Under the pieces are notes generated by a model. That model was not told the DNA's origin and searched no databases. It saw only the letters and a list, made by a program, of their open reading frames with translations. Position numbers and translations under genes: made by a program. From the IMG/VR virus record IMGVR_UViG_3300031994_000007: 64,000 nt of DNA; one strand, written 5' to 3'. Source of the stretch: a virus. Of this stretch, positions 52,269 to 59,888 are shown piece by piece. How positions within the stretch are numbered: the stretch's first letter is position 1; each line of letters starts with the position of its first letter.

Positions 52269-52318
52269 AAAGTAACAAAAGAATGACAAAAAATTTTTCT
52301 ATTTTTTTTGAAAAAATG

Positions 52319-52347
52319 CTTGACAAATCGCCCGGGCTTTGCTATAA
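52319..52347 (+). promoter_or_regulatory. class A promoter TTGACA-aatcGCCCGGGCtttgc-TATAAT
   Basis: Sequence consensus. Confidence 0.6.
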
Positions 52348-52380
52348 TACAATCAGAAAGAACAAGGGAGGACAAAAAAA

Positions 52381-52782
52381 ATGACTTACTACTTCGACAT
52401 GGATGGCGTTCTGGCTGACTTCCACTCTACTTACACTGAGCGCGCACAGGCTTTGAGCCGCGACTATCTTGCCAATCTCGCCCCGTTCGTTGAGAATGTC
52501 AAGACTGTCCGGAACCTCATTGCTCACGGTGAAAAGGTTTACATTCTCACCAAGGCCGCTAACGATGATGCCAAGGCTGGCAAAATTGACTGGCTGGCAA
52601 AGTACATCCCGGAAATTACGGCAGAACAGTTTATTTGCATCGTAGGCTCTGGTCGCAAGGTTGATTACATTCGTGAAGCTGGCATTCTTGTGGATGATGA
52701 TATTAAGAACATTCGGCAGTGGGTCAAAGGTGGCTTTGAGGGCTATCTGGTAGAGACTAAAGGTGCCACGGTTATTCTCTAA
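52381..52782 (+). CDS. HAD-superfamily 5'(3')-deoxyribonucleotidase-like protein (133 aa)
   Basis: N-terminal 'YYFDMDGVLADF' (DxDGV HAD motif I) and NT5C-like layout. RBS GGGAGGA. Paralog at 63036. Followed by hairpin terminator 52763-52800. Confidence 0.65.
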   Translation: MTYYFDMDGVLADFHSTYTERAQALSRDYLANLAPFVENVKTVRNLIAHGEKVYILTKAANDDAKAGKIDWLAKYIPEITAEQFICIVGSGRKVDYIREAGILVDDDIKNIRQWVKGGFEGYLVETKGATVIL

Positions 52783-52916
52783 CCGTGGCGCTTTCTATTT
52801 TGCCCGGGCAAAATCGCCAGCTCCGAAAGGCCCCGGACTTCACCACGCTAAAGTGGTGAAGTAAAAAACGCGAATGATTGTTAAACAAATAACAATAAAA
52901 AATGTCCCGAAACTAC

Positions 52917-52945
52917 TTGACAATAGGCACAATGTGTGGTAGAAT
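52917..52945 (+). promoter_or_regulatory. promoter TTGACA-17-TAGAAT
   Basis: Sequence consensus. Confidence 0.5.
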
Positions 52946-52977
52946 ACAGTCACCAAGAGGAAAAGAGGTAGACAGCA

Positions 52978-53382
52978 ATGACAATTAGATTCGCAACGAC
53001 TGCTGATGCTATCCGCATTATTAGGGCTATACAGAATAAACGCATGGACTACAATACGCCGCAAGATGTGCGGGAAGATGTGAACGCGGGGCGGCTGATT
53101 GTAGCAGAGGAAAACGGCAAGCTTTTAGGGTCTGTAGCTGTCGTGTATAAAGTCCATCGTGGTTATTATGCTATCATGAGAATGTGCGTGTATTCAAAAA
53201 CCAGCAAGGGCAAAGGGGTAGCAAGTGCGTTAATTGACTACGTGTTAGCTCTTGGCCTTGGCACTTATGGTGCAACGCCTTGGAATGACAATCCGGCCAT
53301 GATTCACATTTTTGTTAAAAGAGGTTTTGAGTACCAATACACATTCAAAAATAAATACGATTTTTATAAAAAAGGGGCTTGA
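52978..53382 (+). CDS. GNAT-family N-acetyltransferase-like protein (134 aa)
   Basis: 'LGSVAV...MRMCVYSKTSKGKGVASALIDYVL' resembles the acetyl-CoA-binding motif A. The TGA stop is the TTGACA -35 of the next promoter. Confidence 0.55.
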   Translation: MTIRFATTADAIRIIRAIQNKRMDYNTPQDVREDVNAGRLIVAEENGKLLGSVAVVYKVHRGYYAIMRMCVYSKTSKGKGVASALIDYVLALGLGTYGATPWNDNPAMIHIFVKRGFEYQYTFKNKYDFYKKGA

Positions 53383-53407
53383 CAAGTTCAAGCCCTTATG
53401 TTATAAT
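53379..53407 (+). promoter_or_regulatory. class B promoter (TTGACA embedded in GGGGCTTGA...TCAAGCCC hairpin)-17-TATAAT
   Basis: Sequence consensus. Confidence 0.6.
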
Positions 53408-53436
53408 ACAATCACAAAAGAAAAGGAGATAAAAAA

Positions 53437-53607
53437 ATGTTTAATGTTTACTACATCCGCAATGGGTATGAACTCAACGCTAAATTTGAAAAAAGAGGAA
53501 GTGCTCTTTTATTTGCTCATAATTTTGTATCTATGTTAGGCGGAGATTATGCCGCTGTTACTGATACAGAAACAAATAAAACTATACAAGTTTATAGCAG
53601 ATACTAA
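53437..53607 (+). CDS. hypothetical early protein (56 aa)
   Basis: RBS AAAGGAGATAAAAAA-ATG. Terminator AGGCTGA-TTCAGCCT+T6 at 53608-53640. Confidence 0.6.
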   Translation: MFNVYYIRNGYELNAKFEKRGSALLFAHNFVSMLGGDYAAVTDTETNKTIQVYSRY

Positions 53608-53659
53608 AAAAGGCTGATTCAGCCTTTTTTATTTACATTAAAAAAAATGAAAAAAGTGC

Positions 53660-53688
53660 TTGACAAATCGCCCGGGCAATGTTATAAT
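53660..53688 (+). promoter_or_regulatory. class A promoter driving structured RNA copy 3
   Basis: TTGACA-aatcGCCCGGGCaatgt-TATAAT. Confidence 0.6.
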
Positions 53689-53694
53689 ACAATC

Positions 53695-53745
53695 ACAGGC
53701 TGAGGGAAGCCCCACGCGGGGAGACGAGGGGAGAGACTGACTTAA
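53695..53745 (+). ncRNA. repeated structured RNA element, copy 3
   Basis: ACAGGCTGAGGGAAGCCCCACGCGGGGAGACGAGGGGAGAGACTGACTT (compensatory changes relative to copies 1/2). Confidence 0.45.
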
Positions 53746-53795
53746 AAGTAACAAATTGATGACAAAAAAATTTTTAAAAAAAATGAAAAAAGTGC

Positions 53796-53824
53796 TTGAC
53801 AATTTGCCCGGGCTGTGCTATACT
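53796..53824 (+). promoter_or_regulatory. class A promoter TTGACA-17-TATACT
   Basis: Sequence consensus. Confidence 0.55.
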
Positions 53825-53876
53825 ATAATCAGAAAGAGGGAAGGAAAACCCAAATAAACCGGAAAGGAAGAAAAAG

Positions 53877-53984
53877 ATGGAATTTTACAGTATGGAACAG
53901 TTCGAGATTCTGGGCGACCTGATGGAAGACTATCAGGAGTGGCTGGACTTTGAAGAGGACATGAAAACTAATCCTTGGGGCTGA
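53877..53984 (+). CDS. very acidic micro-protein (35 aa)
   Basis: MEFYSMEQFEILGDLMEDYQEWLDFEEDMKTNPWG. RBS GGAAAGGAAG. Stop within hairpin CCTTGGGGCTGAAAAAAGCCCCAAGG. Confidence 0.5.
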   Translation: MEFYSMEQFEILGDLMEDYQEWLDFEEDMKTNPWG

Positions 53985-54014
53985 AAAAAGCCCCAAGGAA
54001 ATTAAAAAAAGTAC

Positions 54015-54043
54015 TTGACAAGTAAGACAAAGTATGTTATAAT
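54015..54043 (+). promoter_or_regulatory. promoter TTGACA-17-TATAAT
   Basis: Sequence consensus. Confidence 0.6.
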
Positions 54044-54075
54044 ACAACCAGAAAGAAAGAAAAGGAGATAAAAAA

Positions 54076-54246
54076 ATGTACATCGTAACTGCTTACAAGA
54101 TTTGGGAAGAGTTTGAAGACTACAACAAAGCCGAACTGTACTTCGCCGCTTTGAAACATGGTGGGTACAAGTATGTGGAACTGAAAAAGAAAACCACGAC
54201 CGACAAATACGAATACTTTGAAAGTATCAAAATCTTTGTAAAATAA
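54076..54246 (+). CDS. hypothetical early protein (56 aa)
   Basis: RBS AAAGGAGATAAAAAA-ATG. TAA stop. Confidence 0.6.
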   Translation: MYIVTAYKIWEEFEDYNKAELYFAALKHGGYKYVELKKKTTTDKYEYFESIKIFVK

Positions 54247-54259
54247 TTAAAAAAGGGGC

Positions 54260-54289
54260 TTGACAAATCAAGCCCCTATGTGATATAAT
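54260..54289 (+). promoter_or_regulatory. class B hairpin promoter
   Basis: GGGGCTTGACAAATCAAGCCCC...TATAAT. Confidence 0.55.
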
Positions 54290-54321
54290 AAAGGCACAAA
54301 AGAAAAAAGGAGATTAAAAAA

Positions 54322-54471
54322 ATGACTATTCGTGAATTTTATAATTGGGCTGTCGCTAATGATGTTGAGGATTTTTGGTTTGGTGAAATGTTCCCCAATG
54401 GGATTGAAGTCTTTGAAATTGAAGATTTCACAATCAATACTGATAATAATTTTGTTTCTATCAACAATTAA
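54322..54471 (+). CDS. hypothetical early protein (49 aa)
   Basis: RBS AAGGAGATTAAAAAA-ATG. Confidence 0.55.
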   Translation: MTIREFYNWAVANDVEDFWFGEMFPNGIEVFEIEDFTINTDNNFVSINN

Positions 54472-54492
54472 AAAAATAATTAAAAAAGGGGC

Positions 54493-54521
54493 TTGACAAG
54501 ACAAGCCCCTTGTGTTATAAT
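54493..54521 (+). promoter_or_regulatory. class B hairpin promoter
   Basis: GGGGCTTGACAAGACAAGCCCC-TTGTGT-TATAAT. Confidence 0.6.
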
Positions 54522-54553
54522 GTAATCACAAAAGAGAAAAGGAGATAAAAAAA

Positions 54554-54709
54554 ATGAAAATGATTCAGAACATCGAATGCGGTAACATCTTCCCCTATAC
54601 CCTTGAGGGATTGATCGAAATGAGAGAAGAAGCCCGTGAACTTTACGATATTGAAGATCCCACTAATGCGGTGAGCATTTCCGAATACTATCAAATTATC
54701 ACGCTGTAA
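54554..54709 (+). CDS. hypothetical early protein (51 aa)
   Basis: RBS AAAGGAGATAAAAAAA-ATG. Strong terminator TCACGCTGTAAAAAGCGTGA+T9 (54695-54730). Confidence 0.6.
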   Translation: MKMIQNIECGNIFPYTLEGLIEMREEARELYDIEDPTNAVSISEYYQIITL

Positions 54710-54738
54710 AAAGCGTGATTTTTTTTTTGAAAAAGTGC

Positions 54739-54767
54739 TTGACAAATCGCCCGGGCAATGCTATAAT
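54739..54767 (+). promoter_or_regulatory. class A promoter driving structured RNA copy 4
   Basis: TTGACA-aatcGCCCGGGCaatgc-TATAAT. Confidence 0.6.
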
Positions 54768-54773
54768 ACAATC

Positions 54774-54824
54774 ACAGGTTGAAGGAAACCGCACCGGGGC
54801 AGAGGAGGGGAGAGACTGACTTAA
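54774..54824 (+). ncRNA. repeated structured RNA element, copy 4
   Basis: ACAGGTTGAAGGAAACCGCACCGGGGCAGAGGAGGGGAGAGACTGACTT. Confidence 0.45.
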
Positions 54825-54863
54825 TAGTTACAAAAGAAAAACAAAAAATTTCTAAAAAAAACT

Positions 54864-54892
54864 CTTGACATTTGCCCGGTCTTGTGATATTA
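54864..54892 (+). promoter_or_regulatory. class A-like promoter TTGACA-17-TATTAT
   Basis: Spacer tttGCCCGGtCttgtga (one mismatch to the box). Confidence 0.55.
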
Positions 54893-54945
54893 TAATACCA
54901 GAAAGAGGGAAGGAAAACCCAATAAACCAGAAGGGAAAAGAAAAG

Positions 54946-55377
54946 ATGAAAGAACTATACAGAGTGGAGCACATGACCAGAAGTGACTATGATGAATACA
55001 TGTGCGGGGGCTATAACTATAGGGTGCAGAAAATAAATGTGCTCGCGGAAAACCTGCAGGACGCCGCCCAAATCGTTAAAGAAATGTTCCCGTCTCATGT
55101 AATTAATGATGGTTATGTCAAAACTGTCGCTGAACTTGAGGCAGAACAAGCGGCAAAGGAAGCAGAATGGGAAGCCGAAAAAAGGAAAAAAGCAGAGCAG
55201 AAAGCCAAAAAAGAAGCTTTTGAAAAAGCCCATCCTGAGATTGTGGCAGAGCGCAAAAGAAAAGCAAAAATTACCAGAGCAAAAACAACAATTAAAGGAC
55301 TTGAAAAGCAGATTGCAGAAGCTGAAAAGAATCTTGCATACTGGAAAGCAAAACTTGAAGAACTTGAAAAGGGCTGA
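54946..55377 (+). CDS. hypothetical early protein with Lys/Glu-rich coiled-coil C-terminus (143 aa)
   Basis: RBS-proximal ATG in frame with track ORF 54865..55377. Terminator AAAAGGGCT-GAAAAA-AGCCCTTTT+T. Confidence 0.6.
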   Translation: MKELYRVEHMTRSDYDEYMCGGYNYRVQKINVLAENLQDAAQIVKEMFPSHVINDGYVKTVAELEAEQAAKEAEWEAEKRKKAEQKAKKEAFEKAHPEIVAERKRKAKITRAKTTIKGLEKQIAEAEKNLAYWKAKLEELEKG

Positions 55378-55407
55378 AAAAAGCCCTTTTCTTTTTTTAG
55401 AAAAGTG

Positions 55408-55436
55408 CTTGACAAATCCCCCAACCTATGATACAA
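55408..55436 (+). promoter_or_regulatory. promoter TTGACA-17-TACAAT driving structured RNA copy 5
   Basis: Sequence consensus. Confidence 0.55.
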
Positions 55437-55442
55437 TACAAT

Positions 55443-55492
55443 CACAGGCGGAGGGACGCCCCACGCGGGGAGCCGAGGGGGAAGACTGACTT
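55443..55492 (+). ncRNA. repeated structured RNA element, copy 5
   Basis: ACAGGCGGAGGGACGCCCCACGCGGGGAGCCGAGGGGGAAGACTGACTT. Confidence 0.45.
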
Positions 55493-55533
55493 TAGGTTAC
55501 AAAATGGTAACAAAAAATTTCTAAAAAAAGTAG

Positions 55534-55562
55534 TTGACAAATGCCCGGGCTTGTGATATTAT
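55534..55562 (+). promoter_or_regulatory. class A promoter TTGACA-aatGCCCGGGCttgtga-TATTAT
   Basis: Preceded by a GTTAC-N6-GTAAC inverted repeat (55506-55521). Confidence 0.6.
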
Positions 55563-55597
55563 AATACCAGAAAAAGAAAAGAAAGGAAGTAAATACA

Positions 55598-55771
55598 ATG
55601 TATAGAATCAAAATCGAAAGCGAACATGCCCCCAATACTTACAAATGGTATAATAACCCTCAGCAAGCGCATCTTGTAGCCTATACCATTATTAAGAATA
55701 AGGACGCAAATATTGTAACAGTGGAAAACCTTAAAGAAAAAAAGATTGAAAAAATTTATAAAAGGGCTTGA
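55598..55771 (+). CDS. hypothetical early protein (57 aa)
   Basis: RBS GAAAGGAAG. TGA stop formed by the -35 TTGACA of the next promoter. Confidence 0.55.
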   Translation: MYRIKIESEHAPNTYKWYNNPQQAHLVAYTIIKNKDANIVTVENLKEKKIEKIYKRA

Positions 55772-55796
55772 CAAATAGCCCGGCCTATGGTATAAT
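55768..55796 (+). promoter_or_regulatory. class B-like promoter (GGGCTTGACAAATAGCCC)-TATAAT
   Basis: Sequence consensus. Confidence 0.55.
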
Positions 55797-55830
55797 AAAG
55801 GCACAAAGAAAGAAAAGGAGATAAAAGAAA

Positions 55831-55989
55831 ATGAACGTTAACGAAATCAAAGAAAGAATTGAAAAACTTGAACGCTGGTGCTGGTTTGAGCAGATGGCAG
55901 ATTTTATGAACTGGACAGCCTACAACAAAGCACAGGCTGAAATCAAAGAGTTGAAAAAAAAGTTAGCAGAAATTGAAAAAGGGGCTTGA
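55831..55989 (+). CDS. hypothetical early protein (52 aa)
   Basis: RBS AAAGGAGATAAAAGAAA-ATG. C-terminal KGA-TGA inside the next -35. Confidence 0.55.
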   Translation: MNVNEIKERIEKLERWCWFEQMADFMNWTAYNKAQAEIKELKKKLAEIEKGA

Positions 55990-56014
55990 CAAAACAAGCC
56001 CCAGATGGTATAAT
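55986..56014 (+). promoter_or_regulatory. class B hairpin promoter
   Basis: GGGGCTTGACAAAACAAGCCCC...TATAAT. Confidence 0.6.
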
Positions 56015-56048
56015 AAATACAGAAAGAAAGAAAAGGAGAATTAAAAAA

Positions 56049-56333
56049 ATGAGTTATTTTATGGGAAATGGTCGTGCCGATACTTGCCGCCACAACGATG
56101 AAGTTTATAAAGGCAAGGCGGTTGAGATGATGATTGATGTGCTGGAAACCCGCGACGGCTTTGAGCTTCGCAAGGCAAGCGACAGCACTGGAGCGGCGGC
56201 AAAGTTCCGCATCTTTTGGGACGGTGAGTGCATCAGCACCGTCTATAATGAAAAGGAAGCACGGGCACTGTTTAACGACTTCGCCCCAGCGCCCCAGCGG
56301 AAGGCGGGACGCCCTAAGAAGAATGCGGCATAA
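56049..56333 (+). CDS. hypothetical early protein (94 aa), basic C-terminus
   Basis: RBS AAAGGAGAATTAAAAAA-ATG. TAA stop. Confidence 0.6.
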   Translation: MSYFMGNGRADTCRHNDEVYKGKAVEMMIDVLETRDGFELRKASDSTGAAAKFRIFWDGECISTVYNEKEARALFNDFAPAPQRKAGRPKKNAA

Positions 56334-56379
56334 AAAGCCGCTTCTTCATCGCCCGGGCAAAGATTACAAAAGAAAAACA

Positions 56380-56408
56380 TTGACAAATAGCCAAAAGCAT
56401 GTTATAAT
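56380..56408 (+). promoter_or_regulatory. promoter TTGACA-17-TATAAT
   Basis: Preceded by tcGCCCGGGCaaag just after the upstream stop. Confidence 0.6.
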
Positions 56409-56440
56409 GTAATCACAAAAGAGAAAAGGAGATAAAGAAA

Positions 56441-56617
56441 ATGACTTACGAAGAAATGTACGACTTGCTGGCCAATACCCTTGGGATCGATGAGAATGCC
56501 CTTGATTTGGCTTTTGCTGTTGGTGGATGCAATGAAGAAACTGCTGAAAGAATTTTATTCTATTACACTGGCTGGCATTCCTTTGAGGGCTGGTTGGGTG
56601 AGCAGGAAGAGGGCTGA
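56441..56617 (+). CDS. acidic hypothetical early protein (58 aa)
   Basis: RBS AAAGGAGATAAAGAAA-ATG. Terminator GAGGGCT-GAAAAA-AGCCCTC+TTTTG. Confidence 0.6.
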   Translation: MTYEEMYDLLANTLGIDENALDLAFAVGGCNEETAERILFYYTGWHSFEGWLGEQEEG

Positions 56618-56662
56618 AAAAGCCCTCTTTTGCCCGGGCGGAAAAGTTACAAAAAAAAGTCA

Positions 56663-56691
56663 TTGACAAACCAAAAGATGTATGGTATTAT
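56663..56691 (+). promoter_or_regulatory. promoter TTGACA-17-TATTAT
   Basis: Sequence consensus. Confidence 0.55.
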
Positions 56692-56721
56692 AATACCAGA
56701 AAGAGAAAAGGAGATAAAAAA

Positions 56722-56895
56722 ATGAAAGTCAAAGATTTAATGAACATTCTCAGCAAGTATGACATGGACGACGATGTAAGGGTTATTAGTTATGATGATA
56801 ACGCAATAATTCAAATTGGTAATTACAGACCCTCTGCTGGCCCCTATGGTGACAAGTATCCTTTCTTTATTCCGTATGGTGAAATTACTACTTGA
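56722..56895 (+). CDS. hypothetical early protein (57 aa)
   Basis: RBS AAAGGAGATAAAAAA-ATG. TGA stop. Confidence 0.6.
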   Translation: MKVKDLMNILSKYDMDDDVRVISYDDNAIIQIGNYRPSAGPYGDKYPFFIPYGEITT

Positions 56896-56913
56896 AAAAA
56901 ATAAAAAAGGGGC

Positions 56914-56942
56914 TTGACAAAACAAGCCCCGCATGATATAAT
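56914..56942 (+). promoter_or_regulatory. class B hairpin promoter
   Basis: GGGGCTTGACAAAACAAGCCCC...TATAAT. Confidence 0.6.
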
Positions 56943-56974
56943 ACAATCACAAAGAAAGAAAAGGAGAAATAAAA

Positions 56975-57100
56975 ATGATTACTTGCGCTGAATGTCTGTG
57001 CCATAATGAGTGCCCGCTGTATCGTGGTGAAGATACCGACCCCTGTTGGTATGAAAAAATCAGAAAAGAAAAGGAGAACAAAGAAAATGAAAAAGTTTGA
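56975..57100 (+). CDS. Cys-rich micro-protein (41 aa; putative zinc-binding)
   Basis: MITCAECLCHNECPLYRGEDTDPCWYEK... RBS AAAGGAGAAATAAAA-ATG. Confidence 0.5.
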   Translation: MITCAECLCHNECPLYRGEDTDPCWYEKIRKEKENKENEKV

Positions 57101-57224
57101 AGCTAAGATTACCCGCGACAATGCCGAAATCAAGTGCATTGTGGAAGCTATTGACAAAGACCACGCCGCCCGCCGCTTCTTTGAGATTCTGGGAGAGCAC
57201 GGCCTGAAAATCAAGGAACTGTAA
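57087..57224 (+). CDS. hypothetical early protein (45 aa), overlaps previous ORF by 14 nt
   Basis: RBS AAAAGGAGAAC inside the upstream ORF. In frame with track ORF 57006..57224. Terminator GGAACTGTAAAAAGTTCC. Confidence 0.5.
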   Translation: MKKFEAKITRDNAEIKCIVEAIDKDHAARRFFEILGEHGLKIKEL

Positions 57225-57292
57225 AAAGTTCCTTGACTTTTGCCCGGGCGATTTACCTCAAAAATTTTAAGTAAAAAAATTAAAAAAGAGGC

Positions 57293-57321
57293 TTGACAAA
57301 TGCCCGGGCTTATGTTATTAT
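57293..57321 (+). promoter_or_regulatory. class A promoter TTGACA-aatGCCCGGGCttatgt-TATTAT
   Basis: Sequence consensus. Confidence 0.6.
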
Positions 57322-57352
57322 AATACCAGAAAGAACAAAGGAGATAAAAAAA

Positions 57353-57562
57353 ATGAACATGAATGAGAAAATCAAAGAACTGGAAGCCAAAGGGTACAAC
57401 AAGCATGACACCTATGAAGTGGATGAAGCCGCGAATGGTGGATGGGTTATTACAGTTTATACCAGTCTGTGGGGTTTTGAAGAGTATTTGTATGATACAG
57501 ACGGAAATCCCATTGAAGCAACAGAAATCAATCTGTATGGCAAGCCCCAAAAAATTTATTAA
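57353..57562 (+). CDS. hypothetical early protein (69 aa)
   Basis: RBS AAAGGAGATAAAAAAA-ATG. In frame with track ORF 57293..57562. Confidence 0.6.
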   Translation: MNMNEKIKELEAKGYNKHDTYEVDEAANGGWVITVYTSLWGFEEYLYDTDGNPIEATEINLYGKPQKIY

Positions 57563-57570
57563 ATTGGGGC

Positions 57571-57599
57571 TTGACAAATAAAACAAAGCATGTTATAAT
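57571..57599 (+). promoter_or_regulatory. promoter TTGACA-17-TATAAT
   Basis: Sequence consensus. Confidence 0.6.
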
Positions 57600-57633
57600 A
57601 AATACAGAAAGAAAGAAAAGGAGAAATAAAAAA

Positions 57634-57852
57634 ATGAAAGCAATTATGGTTGATAACAAGATTCTGTCTCTGGAAAATGTAAAAGAAGTTGAATTCTATG
57701 AGGGCGGGACAGGAGCACAGCGAAATCCCTTTTATTATGGGGTAGCAATTGATTATATGAATGGAGAGCATTCTTCGTCTGGCTCTACAAACAATAAAGA
57801 AAAAGCCAAAGAATGGTTTAATAAAATCTTTGAAATTATTACCGCTGAATAA
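57634..57852 (+). CDS. hypothetical early protein (72 aa)
   Basis: RBS AAAAGGAGAAATAAAAAA-ATG. Terminator ATTACCGCT-GAAT-AAGCGGTAAT+T6. Confidence 0.6.
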   Translation: MKAIMVDNKILSLENVKEVEFYEGGTGAQRNPFYYGVAIDYMNGEHSSSGSTNNKEKAKEWFNKIFEIITAE

Positions 57853-57914
57853 GCGGTAATTTTTTACTGCCGAAAATACTTCAAAAATTTTAAGTAAAAA
57901 CCGCAAAAAACCTA

Positions 57915-57943
57915 TTGACAAATCGCCCGGGCAATGCTATACT
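57915..57943 (+). promoter_or_regulatory. class A promoter driving structured RNA copy 6
   Basis: TTGACA-aatcGCCCGGGCaatgc-TATACT. Confidence 0.55.
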
Positions 57944-57949
57944 ATAATC

Positions 57950-58000
57950 ACAGGTTGAGGGAAACCGCACTCGGGCAGAAGAGGGGAAAGACTGACTTTA
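57950..58000 (+). ncRNA. repeated structured RNA element, copy 6
   Basis: ACAGGTTGAGGGAAACCGCACTCGGGCAGAAGAGGGGAAAGACTGACTT, followed by a GTTAC-N6-GTAAC inverted repeat. Confidence 0.45.
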
Positions 58001-58049
58001 AGTTACAAAATAGTAACAATAATTTTTTTAGAAAAAATAAAAAAAAGGC

Positions 58050-58078
58050 TTGACAAGCCCGGGCATGTATGCTATAAT
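58050..58078 (+). promoter_or_regulatory. class A promoter TTGACA-aGCCCGGGCatgtatgc-TATAAT
   Basis: Sequence consensus. Confidence 0.6.
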
Positions 58079-58114
58079 GTAATCACAAAGAGGGAAGGAA
58101 AAGGAGATAAAAAA

Positions 58115-58336
58115 ATGGAAAAGAAATTTATTTATGATGTAGCAGGCAACCTTTATGAAGATACCGAAGCCTTTGGCAAGGCTTGGAAGGCCGCAAAGGA
58201 AAAGGCCACAACTCTCCACTGTGCGATTTATCGCACTGTCTGCAAGGGAGAGACAGAACGCCGGGAGGTGTTCTTCAAGGGCAGGTGCTTCAACAATGTA
58301 AAATACGCCACTTCTGACAACGTGATGATTTTCTAA
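58115..58336 (+). CDS. hypothetical early protein (73 aa)
   Basis: RBS AAAAGGAGATAAAAAA-ATG. Terminator CTAAGGGATT-A6-AATCCCTTAG. Confidence 0.65.
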   Translation: MEKKFIYDVAGNLYEDTEAFGKAWKAAKEKATTLHCAIYRTVCKGETERREVFFKGRCFNNVKYATSDNVMIF

Positions 58337-58374
58337 GGGATTAAAAAAATCCCTTAGAAAATTAAAAAAAATGC

Positions 58375-58403
58375 TTGACATGTAAAACAAAGTATGCTAT
58401 AAT
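58375..58403 (+). promoter_or_regulatory. promoter TTGACA-17-TATAAT
   Basis: Sequence consensus. Confidence 0.6.
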
Positions 58404-58436
58404 ACAGACAGAAAGAAAGAAAAGGAGAATAAAACA

Positions 58437-58760
58437 ATGAAAGTTAAAATGAATCAGCTAACCTATCACGCAAAAGAAGAAAGACGCGATAGACGCGAAA
58501 TCGTCAAACAAGTTGGAATTGGTAAACCAATAGCACAGGTTAAAAAATTCAATGACAATGGTAGAGAAAAAATTGAAATGCTCACAGATACAGGGCTGGT
58601 TATTATAATGGGTGATGATAATAAAATCATAACTCTTTACCTTGCGAGTACCGCAAAAGCGGCAGCCATTTATAAATCAGCACACGGCGCAAATGCAAAA
58701 ATGCCTGCACAAATCTTTGAACAAATCAAAATAAATCGTATCATGTTCCCCGCTGATTAA
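58437..58760 (+). CDS. hypothetical early protein (107 aa)
   Basis: RBS AAAAGGAGAATAAAACA-ATG. Terminator TCCCCGCT-GATTAA-AGCGGGGA. Confidence 0.65.
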   Translation: MKVKMNQLTYHAKEERRDRREIVKQVGIGKPIAQVKKFNDNGREKIEMLTDTGLVIIMGDDNKIITLYLASTAKAAAIYKSAHGANAKMPAQIFEQIKINRIMFPAD

Positions 58761-58769
58761 AGCGGGGAC

Positions 58770-58798
58770 TTGATTTTTATAAAAAAAAATGATATAAT
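58770..58798 (+). promoter_or_regulatory. promoter TTGATT-17-TATAAT
   Basis: Overlaps the upstream terminator tail. Confidence 0.45.
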
Positions 58799-58834
58799 AA
58801 ATTATAAAATAAAATAAAGGAGGCCGAAAAAGTT

Positions 58835-58951
58835 ATGGACTTAATGCTTGCCCGGGCACTTTTAGCAATCGCAAAGTATTGCGCTTCTTGTGATGATTGT
58901 GATAAATGTGCTTTACATGAATTCTGCGGGAAAATACCATTAGAGTGGTAA
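58835..58951 (+). CDS. Cys-rich micro-protein (38 aa, C-x2-C-x2-C-x2-C...C)
   Basis: MDLMLARALLAIAKYCASCDDCDKCALHEFCGKIPLEW. RBS AAAGGAGG. Followed by two GC hairpins (58960-59060). Confidence 0.45.
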   Translation: MDLMLARALLAIAKYCASCDDCDKCALHEFCGKIPLEW

Positions 58952-59067
58952 TTAACGCGGCGACCGCACCCAATCGGGGCGGTTCGAACTTTCGCACGGT
59001 AAAGCGTTGAAGAATTTTTCGGCCATTAAGTCGGGCAAAACTTTTAATGTTTTTTGCCCGAAACCTA

Positions 59068-59096
59068 TTGACAAATAAATACTCTTGTGTTATACT
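59068..59096 (+). promoter_or_regulatory. promoter TTGACA-17-TATACT
   Basis: Sequence consensus. Confidence 0.55.
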
Positions 59097-59145
59097 ATAA
59101 TTGTTCCAAGAGAGAACAACAAAAACAAAAAAGGAGAATACAACA

Positions 59146-59328
59146 ATGTATAATGTGCGGTTTACTGACACCATCCATGGTGAGATGGAAGAGAACTTTG
59201 ATAGCTATGATGCGGCTATGGAGTATTGGAATAGCTATGCTGATACCGAGTCTTGTGTGGCTGGTGTCATGATGGATTTGGATAATTGCGAAATTATCTG
59301 GAATTTTGACGACAGGGAGGCAGAATAA
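59146..59328 (+). CDS. acidic hypothetical early protein (60 aa)
   Basis: RBS AAAAGGAGAATACAACA-ATG. In frame with track ORF 59101..59328. Confidence 0.55.
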   Translation: MYNVRFTDTIHGEMEENFDSYDAAMEYWNSYADTESCVAGVMMDLDNCEIIWNFDDREAE

Positions 59329-59589
59329 ATGAAAAAGATTCTTGCTTTTGTCCTTGTTTTTGTTCTTATCCTATCGTTGGGCATAAGCGCTTATGCTTAT
59401 AATAAATCTATCTTTGATTTGAAATACCATTTCAATTATGCTTATGTAGATTTGTTAAATGGTACGACAGTTGAGGGTAAAGTCCAGAGTTGGAAAGACT
59501 GGGAAGATTCAGACATGTTGCAAGTCACTTTTGAGGATGGAGCTACTTATTATTCCCATTCTTCTAACATTATGCTTGTTTCAAAATAA
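59329..59589 (+). CDS. secreted/membrane-anchored small protein (86 aa) with N-terminal signal/TM segment
   Basis: MKKILAFVLVFVLILSLGISAYA... Start immediately follows the upstream TAA. RBS GGGAGG. Confidence 0.6.
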   Translation: MKKILAFVLVFVLILSLGISAYAYNKSIFDLKYHFNYAYVDLLNGTTVEGKVQSWKDWEDSDMLQVTFEDGATYYSHSSNIMLVSK

Positions 59590-59603
59590 TAATAAAAAAG
59601 GGC

Positions 59604-59632
59604 TTGACAAACAAGCCCTTTTGTGCTATTAT
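59604..59632 (+). promoter_or_regulatory. class B hairpin promoter
   Basis: AAGGGCTTGACAAACAAGCCCTT...TATTAT. Confidence 0.6.
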
Positions 59633-59662
59633 AATACCAGAAAAGGAAAGGGAAATAAAAAA

Positions 59663-59842
59663 ATGACTACTTACAGAGAACGCCTGCTTGACCGCATGAT
59701 TGCCCTTTATGGGCTTGAAAATCCAATTGTTATCGAGTTTGCCAATATGTGCGAAAAATATGGGGATAATTCTTGGAATGATGATTTTCTGCGGCTCTTG
59801 GTAGAAGCCCATGAAGCAGACCCAGTTTTTAAGGAAGATTAA
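59663..59842 (+). CDS. hypothetical early protein (59 aa)
   Basis: RBS AAAGGGAAATAAAAAA-ATG. Terminator GGAAGATT-AAAA-ATCTTCC. Confidence 0.55.
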   Translation: MTTYRERLLDRMIALYGLENPIVIEFANMCEKYGDNSWNDDFLRLLVEAHEADPVFKED

Positions 59843-59888
59843 AAATCTTCCTTAATCGCCCGGGCAGAAAAGTGACAAAAGAAAGACA

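Noticed and set aside
52270-53860. Small ORFs beginning at ATG in the A-rich spacer after RNA copies 2 and 3 (MTKNFSIFFEKMLDKSPGLCYNTIRKNKGGQKK and similar).
   Set aside because: They read through the next promoter. Their conservation is explained by promoter conservation. There is no RBS, and they are absent from other copies.
58925-59000. tRNA-like GGTTCGAAC (T-loop-like) sequence downstream of the Cys-rich micro-ORF. Considered as the amber suppressor tRNA.
   Set aside because: No cloverleaf could be built. It lacks a D-arm and an acceptor stem pairing with a 3' end. It is more consistent with two independent GC hairpins.
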